Shown here: positions 39,760 to 50,570 of the stretch, one piece after another
Position numbering within the stretch: the first letter of the stretch is position 1
How the letters are laid out: each line of letters opens with the position of its first letter
NCBI RefSeq assembly: GCF_963853765.1
Contig: NC_088857.1
Span: forward strand, 19,902,001-19,966,000
Source of the DNA: Magallana gigas
Lineage: Eukaryota
DNA: 64,000 bases
Reading direction: 5' to 3'
The notes under the pieces: generated by a model
Told to the model about the DNA's origin: nothing
Seen by the model: only the letters and a program-made list of their open reading frames with translations
The model's database searches: none
Made by a program: the position numbers and the translations under genes

Positions 39760-41244
39760 GCTGAAATAAAGAGTCACTGACAGTCAAAACGTGTAATATA
39801 TTTAATATATGAATTGTTTTTCTGATCTTTTTATCATTAATGAACGAACAAACTAATTACATGTAAAACAAATAACTTCGTTGTCTTCAAGCATCATGCA
39901 TGTGTTCATCATACTAGTCTTGTTAACCGATCTTTCTATATATAAATGATCTATTTGTGATTTTCCCCCCTCATTTTTATTCTATCGTGATCATACAAAA
40001 AGTAATGATCAAATTAAACAGTAATGCATTGTGTGATCACATGCTTTCTTGAATATCCGGCGGTTTTACTCGTATACAGCACATCACAGTAATACTAATA
40101 TATATCTATTTAACTAGTGTTTTTAAAAGACTAATGTCCTATAAGATATGATTACAAAGTATAAAAAAAAAATGACATTGCACGACGGTATATAGATTGT
40201 TTTACTGGTCCATATATTAATAGCATTTTTTCAGGGGCAGGGTTCAAGAGATAATTCTGTTTGCCAGGGGAGAGGATAAGAATCCCATTTTTAATCATTT
40301 TACTATGATAATTTGATTCAGTTTAAAATTTCTAGTTGGGGTGTGGGGTAGTCGCAGACCCTGATACATGTAATGTTATTTTTCAATGCATTTTTTCTCT
40401 ACGAAATGATAAATGATACTCAGATTCATTGCTGAAACTAGACTGAAAGTATCTATTTATAGATTATATTTTCACCGATTAAAATAATACCAATAGTAGT
40501 TCTTTACTAACCAAATATTTACATGTACTGTATCGGACCCACTACATCCCAAGATTAAAACGTATTAAGAGTAAAGATGGACCCCAGGTTAAAATGTACC
40601 AGGGGAATACACATAAAGCGAGTAAAATCACCTAGATTCGCAAAGCACACTGATTTTCTACTTATTTATATATTTACTCTGTGTGAACTAACGTGTACAA
40701 GCAATCATTTAAACAGGGATGAAATAACAATTATTTTTAGGTAAGAGTATGTACATCTGATCTTTATTCAAAACAGTTTGATGTCGCCATGATACAGTAC
40801 TTATATATAAAATTAGATAAAGAATCTCGAATTTCGAATCTCGTATTTTCGAATCTGAATTATCGAATTCAAAATCTTGGCTTTCGTGGGAAACTTGATT
40901 TTTATTACTAATAATACTTGACTTTCGACTGCTTCATTATTATTTTTTTAAATTATCACTTTTCACTAAATCACTAAGGCAAAAACAAAACATAAATTGT
41001 ACTTATAAATGCATTATTTAATGCATATTTTCATCAAAAGAGATTCACTCACCTGTCTGATGACGTCATCTTGATTGCCACAAAACTTTGTTTTAAAAAA
41101 AAAAGTGATAATTCCAAATGTAAGCTCAGTGGCGACTCAAGACATCTGGTTAGCTGTTTTTTAAGGTAGATAATTTTACCGATGTCGCTAGCGAGAGCTC
41201 ATGTCGGACTTAATAAGAGTCTGTCATTTGACCAGCCGATCGCT

Positions 41245-41300
41245 GTGTGCATATTTCCTATAGCTACTCCTCACGGATTCTCGAGTTAAATTTTGCACAC
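41245..41300. promoter_or_regulatory. Pair of metal-response elements (TGCRCNC) upstream of ZnT-B
   Basis: TGCACAC on the minus strand at 41245-41251 and TGCACACG on the plus strand from 41294, ~200 bp upstream of the 5'UTR exon donor at 41053; matches the MTF-1 core consensus. Confidence 0.55.
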
Positions 41301-42914
41301 GAACACGGTGGTGTGAAATGCGGAGAGGGGGGAGGGGACAGATGCGCTCTATGTTACTCAGCCTAAACCAGTCATTCACCACAGCTGTTGATAGGGCCTT
41401 CCTTTACGTATATATATATATACACATTAAACTCTATTATCCTAAATGGAATTTGATTTTCATGAAATTACTTCCATTATTAGTATAAAATAGAGTGTAT
41501 TAGGAGGCACTTAAAAATGATATACCAGTTTTACGAATTCTAAAAGTGTTCGGACTTAATTTCATTTTCAGTTAATACAAAAGAATTAATAAGTCATCGA
41601 CCCATTGCGGCCTTCGTTACAAGAAAGCTTAGGCGATCAAAAATATTTAGTATCTCCTTCTAGATTCCGGAGGTTACAACTAGTGCAGACAGGAAGTTTG
41701 AGTCTCAACAATTGCTTTTTTCATAGTATATTAAGGATCTTGATGCATAAACACCCCTCTCTCTCATCAAAATGAACGAACCGTTTGCATACGCAGATCC
41801 AGAATTTTTTTCCGGGCGGCGGGGGGGGGGGGATGTTCCAAGGTATACATATATATTTAGGTTTGCCGGGGGGAGGGGGGGGGGTTGGAGACATATTTTT
41901 GATAGTTTTTTTTTATGTAGATATATCATGAGAATTTCATTTTTCCAGAGGGGGTGTGGAACCCCACCCCCCCCCCCCCCACTATTGAAAACGCACATGT
42001 GTCGATTTTCGTTGCTTTCTTTTACTACGGTAAACCGATTTCTATTTCCACATCCTGTTTCAATTCAAATGGAGGCAACGTCCTTCAGCTGATATCACGC
42101 CTTCTTTTTCTATATTTTTTCCACAAACTGTCTGGAATAAATGATTTTTTTAAACTATAAATCCTTGTTTAAAAAAAAAAAACTCTAAATCTGTGTTTTG
42201 AATTGTAAAACGATGCTTTTATACATACAATCACATAATTTCTTTATGCATTCCGTGGGAATTTAAACAAGACAGAAAGGAGATACGCCAATTATATACA
42301 AATTTTTACCCCTTAGCTTAATGTACTCTAACAAAGTACGAAAGGAGTATATCGCTTATTTTGCTTTACGCATTTCGTGAACTTTTTAAAAAGACATCTT
42401 TATAAATTAAACTTTTTAAGTGATTACAATACTTACATGTATCATGTAATCAACTTCGACGTGTACATGATAAAAAAAATAAAATTTAGTCCATAAAATG
42501 ATAGGGGGTTAGCCTGAAAGCTGTTCTGATGCGATCTAATAAGCTTAGCCTAAAGAATAAACAAATAAACTAAACTTAAATTCTACCAAAGAAAATGTCA
42601 TACTATTGTAAAATCAGCTTTGTAGCAACCTCTAATGATACAACGTCCACTAATGATATAATGTTGCATTAGTGGGATGTTAACCACTAATGATATAATT
42701 TTATCATTAACGAACAACCTAACCGTCCGCTAATGATATAATTTCAGATTTATATTATTAGCAGTCAAAAACCGTAAACTCTAATGATATGGGGAAAAAT
42801 GAGAAATAAGTACTATCTTGAACACTAATGATATACATTTGCACACATCATCAATTGCATTAGTGGATGGATTTGCAACCTTTAATGATGTAATATGATA
42901 TAATTTAATATAAA

Positions 42915-42917
<3 letters not shown>

Positions 42918-42967
<50 letters not shown>
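42918..42967. repeat. (TA)n microsatellite
   Basis: About 25 TA units. Confidence 0.95.
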
Positions 42968-42972
<5 letters not shown>

Positions 42973-43278
42973 AATTTTAAATCGTACTTGAGTATACCTG
43001 CGCTATATACATACAAAGGCAAAGTATCAAGGAAAACTGACGATATTTACATTTGGAAAAAAAAAATACTTAAGTGACTTCATAGATGGAGAGGTCATGG
43101 ACAATGGTGACTAATGTTGAGTTTAAAATGTTAGACAACCTCTGTATAACGTTGGATAAAGATTTGATTTTCATACGATACTGCACAAGAATTTGTTAAA
43201 ATTTGGGGGGGGGGCAGTTATTTGATCATATGCATGTATATAGTCCTTTATTGTAAAATACACCATTCTGACATTGCC

Positions 43279-44046
43279 TATGGAATGCCATAGCTGCCTT
43301 AAGGTCAATTTCATATTATATGAATTGGTATTAATTTATTTGCAATAGAAATATCATTATATGCAGTGTTAGCATCATTATAATATACATTGCTAACATT
43401 ATCATATACTGTGATTACATTCATTCTATTCAGGGGTAAAGTCTTTATATGAAATGGAATAATAATTACATTATGTCGTCAAACCATTATGTGGAGTAGT
43501 TTATTCATTATATGCTATGAATAAATCTTTATATGATATGATAAACTCATTTCATAAAGAGATGAACTCATAATGTATTGTTGTTCAATCGTTATGTTTT
43601 GTGGAACACTCTTCATGGCAGTTGCAAAATCCTTTTATGCAGTGCAACTTCTTGACATTAGGTGATAAGATCATTATATGCAGTACTAACATCATGTTAT
43701 GGTTTATTAAAACCATTAGGTATGGTGGTTAAACCTTTATGTATTGTGGTGAAAGCTTTACATGCAATTGTAAATCCTTTATATAATGTGACAATTTTAT
43801 TATATTTATGCCGTTGTTGAGTCATTATATTATGAGGTCAGTTCTTTACATGATGTGACCATTTCATTATATGGAGTGGTAACTTCTTTATATGCAGTCG
43901 TAACTCTTTATGAGGAGGTTGTAAACTTGTTCTCGCTGAAAAGTTTTAATGGGGAAGAGGTCCAGTTTTATTTTGAAAAAGATGCTGCGTTCATTGTGAC
44001 GATGCACATTTCCTGGTCAACTTGTCGTTTGTTTTGAATTCACACA

Positions 44047-44101
<55 letters not shown>

Positions 44102-45666
44102 ATCTGTCCTTTAACATCGATATCATAATATCAATCATTGAACCCATTTTGTGTGAAAAATCGAATGTATTATTAGTAGAGTATGCTTTTAATTTAAGAG
44201 TAAAAGAAATTACAAAAAATTAAGCAAGCGTTTTAAAATCAAAGTCGAAAGACCTTTGTTTCAATGTACCAGGTAGGTGCTTCTCCTCGCTGATCAATTC
44301 CTCCAACACAAAAGGAATAGACAGATTTTCATTCATAGACATAAATAAAAATTCGTTTTCATTTTTTTAAAAATTAATTTGATTTTTAAGACATAATAAA
44401 GAAATTGGTTTGTCTTAACCTCTTTTATGGTTGTTTCATTTACTGTATAAAATTTAAGCTCACCGGGCATGTATTTTTGTATTTTAAATCCTACAAAGAA
44501 GGCGTTGCAATTCCTGTGCTATTTTCCATAAAGCTGTTGCAGATATCTTCATATCATTTTTATAAGACCATTTTATACACAGATCCAGGATTTTTTTTTT
44601 TGATTTTTTTTTTGGGGGGGGGGGGGGTCCGATGAATACTGAAGTTTGCCGAAGGGGTGAGGAAAGAGGGTCCGAGGCAATTTGTTGGAAATTTAAGAAA
44701 TTTGAATTTCTAGTTCTAGACCACGTTGCATTAAACAAATCGTAAAACACTGAAAAATGTGACTGGTTTCATGGCATATCCAATTTTTGTTTCAAAGAGG
44801 CATATTTTTAAAAATTAAACTTCGAAAAAAACCCTCCGAAGTAAAAAAAAAACCGGTGTTTTAAATCTTCGCAAACTTCATCGTGTCTAGTATAGCCGAG
44901 TGGTTACGCAGAATGGCTGAATCATCACCGAGACTAACTGCTTGGTATTTTTTATATTAATTTTTGATCGCACGAAAAGGTATTACCTTATTCTGATGGT
45001 TTTGAAAATAATTAATGTCAGGATAAATAAGTTTCGAAACGCTTGTCATTGTAATATTTTACATTTGTGCTGATTTTTTTCAACGTTACCGACTTTGTTC
45101 ACATTTTAATCATGAATTGTAAACATCTGCTGCTGAACGACGGATTTTTAAACAAAGTACATTGTAACGCATCAATTGATAAAGTTTATGTATTTTTTTG
45201 TAAAATATGTCGTTTTCAAAAATATATGTACATATTGTTCGACATCGTTAAAAGCAAGCCGTGCAAAAATGTATGAATCAGCGATGTACGGATAAGTTTG
45301 TTGCAAGCGCCACGGTTTATATGGATGCTATTAAAACGATTTTAAATAACAATCAAAGTAACTGCAAAGTAACTCAATTTAAACGTTTTTAAAGATACAG
45401 AATTAGATTTGTTAATTAAGCTCCGAAGAATTACATGCATATTTAAAAGACGCTAGCAAGTAGAAATCAAATTGTTCTATGTTAACATCAAGATACATAA
45501 AGTGATCTACCTAACTGTATGCGCGGTTCTAGAAACAGAGGAGGTAATAAATTTCTACAAAGTACAATCATTTTTTGAAATTTATTTAACTTTTAAAATT
45601 AAACGCGTACTCTACTAAAATTTCATTCGATTTCGATTAATCACACATCGATGTATCAAGAACAGA

Positions 45667-45740
<74 letters not shown>

Positions 45741-46430
45741 TTCAAAACATACGACATGTACACTTTCACAATGAACGCAGCATCTTTTTAAAAATAAAAC
45801 TGGACCTCTTCCCCATTAAAACTTTTCAGCGAGAACCATTTTACAGCTTATAAAGAAGTTACCACTCCATATAATGAGATGGTCACATCATGTAAAGAAC
45901 TGACCTCATAATATAATGACTCAACAACGGCATATAATAAAATTGTCACATCATATAAAGGATTTACAATTGCATGTAAAGCTTTCACCACAATACATAA
46001 AAATTTTACCACCATACAAATGTACATAATGATTTTAACACGCCATAACATGATGTTAGTACTGCATATAATGATCTTATCACTTAATGTCAAGAAGTTG
46101 CAACTGCACATGAAGAGTGTACCACATAACACAACGACTGAACAATAGTTCATTATGAGTTTAGCTCTGTATGAAATGAGTTTATTATATCATATAAAGA
46201 TTTATTCATAGCATATAATGAATAAACCACTGCACATAATGATCTTACGACATAACGTAATGATGTCACCACTTCATATAAAGATTTTATCCCTGGATAT
46301 AATGGGGAAATTACAGTATATAATGATGTTAGCACTGCATATAATGATGTTACAACTGCATATAATGTTATTACTATTGCATATAAAAGATAATATGAAA
46401 TTGACATTAAGGCAGCTATGGCGTTCCATA
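43279..46430. mobile_element. Foldback-like element with ~800-bp inverted arms, TAT..ATA ends and 6-bp TSD (ATTGCC); IS3EU-like signature
   Basis: ATTGCC|TATGGAATGCCATAGCTGCC ... GGCAGCTATGGCGTTCCATA|ATTGCC; arms 43279-44098 and 45671-46430 carry a degenerate ~21-bp tandem array and end internally in (AG)n / (CT)n. Confidence 0.8.
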
Positions 46431-47345
46431 ATTGCCCTGATATTTTGCCTTTTTACTTGAACTGAAATAGTCGTATACAGACAAAAATACATACAATTTA
46501 TGACTTCGTCAGTTTACTTGAAGATCCAAATTGATTATCATTAATCAAAAAGGAGTTGTGCTAAATATTTTTAGTTGAAGAAAGTTTGAAGAAAAGCATT
46601 TTTACCATATTAGAAAATTATTGTTAAACTTTTAGCGGGATTTTATTTACATAAAAAAGGTCCAATTCATAAGACTTATTCTGCCTGGTACAGGTAACCT
46701 TACACAACGCAAACAAAAGTCACACGGGTTTCATATTTTATTTTGTGTGGAAAAGTTGCCGTCGTGAATAATATTGGTAAAAAACTACAACAAATAGAAA
46801 TCACAAATTACTAAATAGGAAAATATAGAATCTTACTTTATACTTTTAAACTGTAAATTACTTTAAAGACCATAATGGCGTGCCATACTTTTAAGAATGT
46901 TTTATCTGTAAAATAAATTTCCATCTGTAACTATACTTCAAAAATACAATTTAATACTAACAAATTTAAGCAATTACTTCAAGTAAAAAGACTTACTTAG
47001 TTGTTTGAGGCACACATCTAACATGACAAAGTGAGACAGGACTGCATGACTGGTCAGTAAGGTTCACAGGAAGTGAGTGATTGACCAGATATAGTTAACT
47101 TGTACCAAAAATGATTACCGGGTATATTAAACTCAAAGTGGTTAGCTTTTACAAAAAATATTTCTGAAGAATTTTAAAATTAAACCATAGACAACACAAG
47201 ACTCTTTGTTATTGTGGTCTGTAGCACAATTGAATCATTTATTTGTTGTTAAGTTGAATATGTTGGTTTGTTAATTATACATTAGAACAACAAAGAATAT
47301 GAATTAATGTTGGTTGAATTTAAACTACTTCAACAATGGTGATTA

Positions 47346-48845
47346 TGTCGGTGTAACAAAAAATGTTAACATGGGTTGAAAATTGACACGGGTTTGATAA
47401 AATTATATCATTAGTGGTCAAAATTCTGTCCACTAATGCAACATTATATCGTTAGTGGACGGTGTATCATTAGAGGTTGCTACATGTACATACCACGTTT
47501 TCAGTTAAATGAAATATTAAATGATTGAAGTCAGAAAAATCAACCTTTGAAATGTCAAATTACCCAAGACGGCAAATATAGCGGATAAAAGAGTTAAAGT
47601 TTTGAAACCGAAACTTTTAAGTACACACATGTACAATTAAACTGTGAAGAGCAAGTTACACTTCTGTTCAAATACATCATAAGTCGGAGTTAATTTTCAA
47701 CAGGGTCAGTTTTCAACGTGTCGATGTCATTAGAAGTTTGAAAAATATTTTTCAAGCTGTTGAAAACTGACCCCAGGTATAATTTCACGACTTTTGGTAT
47801 CAATTTTTCAACGTTGAAAAATGATATCCGGGTCAAATTTCAACCCGGGTCAAGATTCCTCGTTACGCCGGCGATTGCGTCATAAATGTCCAATACTCCC
47901 TAAACACACCCACGAAAAAGTTTCTGTGTAGTGTTTGTATCTGTATTGAACACAATATTTTTTTTTCTGTCAAATCAAGATCAGTAGCTTATTATTCATC
48001 ATTTAATTTTGTTAATCTTGCAAGTTTAAGAAAAGTTATTGTTAAGTTGAATTAATTAAATAATCACTGATCGCGACTTGTCTGATAAAAATATGAAAAC
48101 TGCTCATTATTGTGCTGTCAGTTAATTATCATGACTTCTCAAAATAAATTAAAGTTGAAGCGATTTACCGGAAATATTACATAAACGGCCGGTATTGGTT
48201 TGACAATCTTAGCAAACCACGGTCAACATGAACGATCATGGTGGAGAGAGGTATATATAAACGGACTCCGGACCATGGCTTGAGACGATGTTGTTTGACA
48301 TATATTCCTTTTAGCTCTATCTACACAGTTTAACAACAAGAGACAGAGTTCTTAGTCTTAATAACAAACTGTTGCTATCGGAACCCCCCCCCCCCAAAAA
48401 AAAACAAAAAAAAAAAAAAAACAAAAATTCATATCGGCATGAATATCGGACAATAGTAAGAATTAATTTTATCAGATACATAATAATTGCGTAGAGCAAG
48501 TTCCATTTCAGAGACAATTCAAAAACCTGTAGTTGGTCAATTTTCAACGTGTGAGGTCATCAGAGATTAGAAAAAAACCTTTTTTAAGCTGTTGAAAACT
48601 GACGTTTTGTCGCAGTTTTAACGAAAGAAAAGCCCCCCCCCCCCACCCCCGCCCCCCAATATCCCAAATCAATAATCAACGTTGAAAAATGAAATCCGGG
48701 TATACATTTCACGACTTTTGGTCTCAGTTTTCAACGTTAAAAAAAGCCCCCCACCCCCACCCCCTCCCCGAATAAATAATCAATGTTGAAAAATGAAACG
48801 CAGGTCAATTTTTAACTCGGGCTAATATTCTCTGTTACAACGACA
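47346..48845. mobile_element. Third TGT..ACA inverted-repeat element with GTTGAAAA-rich subterminal repeats
   Basis: TGTCGGTGTAACAAAAAATGTTAAC.. pairs with ..TTCTCTGTTACAACGACA; flanks TGATTA / TGATCC (possible degenerate 6-bp TSD); an extra right-end copy at ~47695-47870. Confidence 0.55.
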
Positions 48846-48912
48846 TGATCCCTATTGTTTAAGTAGTTTTAATTCAACCAACTTAAATTGATATTCTTTG
48901 TTGTTCTAATCT

Positions 48913-49046
48913 NNNNNNNNNNNNNNNNNNNNNNNNNNNNNNNNNNNNNNNNNNNNNNNNNNNNNNNNNNNNNNNNNNNNNNNNNNNNNNNNNNNNNNNN
49001 NNNNNNNNNNNNNNNNNNNNNNNNNNNNNNNNNNNNNNNNNNNNNN
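48913..49046. other. Assembly gap (134 N)
   Basis: Run of N. Confidence 1.
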
Positions 49047-49859
49047 TTATATCATTAAAGGTTTCAAATCCATCCACTAATGCAATTGAAATTGTGTGCA
49101 AATGTGTATCATAAGTGGTCAAGGTAGTACTTATTTCTCATTTTTTTTTCATATCATTAGAGGTTACGGTTTTTGACCGCTAATCATATAAATCTGAAAT
49201 TATATCATTAGCGGACGGTTGTTTGTTAATGATAAAATTATATCATTAGTGGTCCTGACTACTAATGCAACACTATATCATTAGTGGACGTTGTATCATT
49301 AGAGGTTGCTACACAGCTTTGGTGTTGTTTGTGGCGAGGGAAAGTAAACTGTTATTATTTTAATCATTATCGTTAAATATTGAGGGAATTTCATAGAACA
49401 CGATGACCAGTTTGTGTCCATATTGTTACACTAATATTCATAATAATTCATGTATAATGATGGGTGCACGTAAGGATCGAATTTGCTGGGATACGCATTT
49501 AAAATTAAAATGCGCCTTATTAGAGCATAGTAACGATTTTGTCGAATTCCATTTTTCTATTTACATTGCATTTTTTGATTTCAACGCTTTATTTACATTA
49601 ATTGATAGTAAGTAGCATATACATGTATTTTTGTTTTGAAACATATGACTAAAATTGCAACTACATTGTAACATACGTGTGCGCCACATTTTCTACTTTT
49701 ACTGTATCAAACAAGATTGTTTGTATATATATAGTTGATATGTAACGTTAACCTTAAGTAGAAACTCAGTCTTGAAACTTTTAACTTTTTTAAACTTGAT
49801 TTTTTTTTTCAGCAAACCAAAAGATCCCGTCTTACCTTGGGGAACAAGATGATGTTGAA

Positions 49860-50167
49860 GATGGTATGGGACACTTTCATTTCATGACGTACTTTTTATC
49901 GAAATAGACAATGAAATAAAGTATAGTTTTATAAAAAAAAAATTCTTTCCCAAAACTCTAAAAACTGAGCGCAATTGGTTAGAGCGTTAACTATGAATCT
50001 GTAAGTCACAAGTTCGAATCCCACTGGAGATTTTTATAACTTTAACCTTTTCAAAAGATTTATTGGTCAAATATCGTAAAATTTAAAAATTCTAAAACAG
50101 TAAAAGTATTTTAATTAATATGATGAACTTTTATCCACATTAATATTGACAGGTGTCCCATGCCACC
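49860..50167. mobile_element. Kolobok-like MITE carrying a tRNA-like segment
   Basis: TGAA|GATGGTATGGGACAC ... GTGTCCCATGCCACC|TTAA; internal GCGCAATTGGTTAGAGCG (A-box-like) and GTTCGAATCCC (B box) at ~49968-50022. Confidence 0.65.
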
Positions 50168-50570
50168 TTAACAAGGCTCGTGGACTTGGATTTGAAGCAT
50201 TTTTTTGATATTGTGCATTTCATTTTAATATACCATGTAGTAATGGATAAAATCATTGTTTCGGACTTAGTCTCGAAAAACCATTGCAGAAGCGGTTTGA
50301 CATCTTTTAACAGAATACAAAGAGACTCAAGGAAAGGGACACAATAGGATCAACAATATAGAGGGATCTGTTGATCTTAACAAGAAATGCCCTACATTAC
50401 GTACCTATTTGCTATCAAATACAAATTATTGCAGATGGTAAACGTCTCCAGTTTACACACACATATATAGCGACCCAGGTATGTATGTCAACGCTCTTCG
50501 TATCTTTTCTAATCTATATCTACCCAAGTCATTTTGCAATGTAAAAAATGCTATGTTTCATGCAGTGACC

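Larger units (their letters stand above)
42621..49313. mobile_element. Non-autonomous DNA transposon with TGT..ACA ends, ~270-bp modular TIRs and 6-bp TSD (CAGCTT)
   Basis: CAGCTT|TGTAGCAACCTCTAATGATA ... TATCATTAGAGGTTGCTACA|CAGCTT; arms ~42621-42895 and ~49047-49313 are reverse complements with repeated CTAATGATA units; contains nested elements and an N gap. Confidence 0.8.

Noticed and set aside
43855-46460. Tyr/Val-periodic ORFs (45848-46153, 46153-46407, 46218-46460, 43855-44037)
   Set aside because: Seven-residue periodicity comes from the 21-bp tandem array of the foldback arms; frames are interrupted and there is no gene structure.
49966-50040. Genuine tRNA gene
   Set aside because: A/B boxes are present but I could not fold a convincing acceptor stem or anticodon arm, and it lies inside a TIR element.
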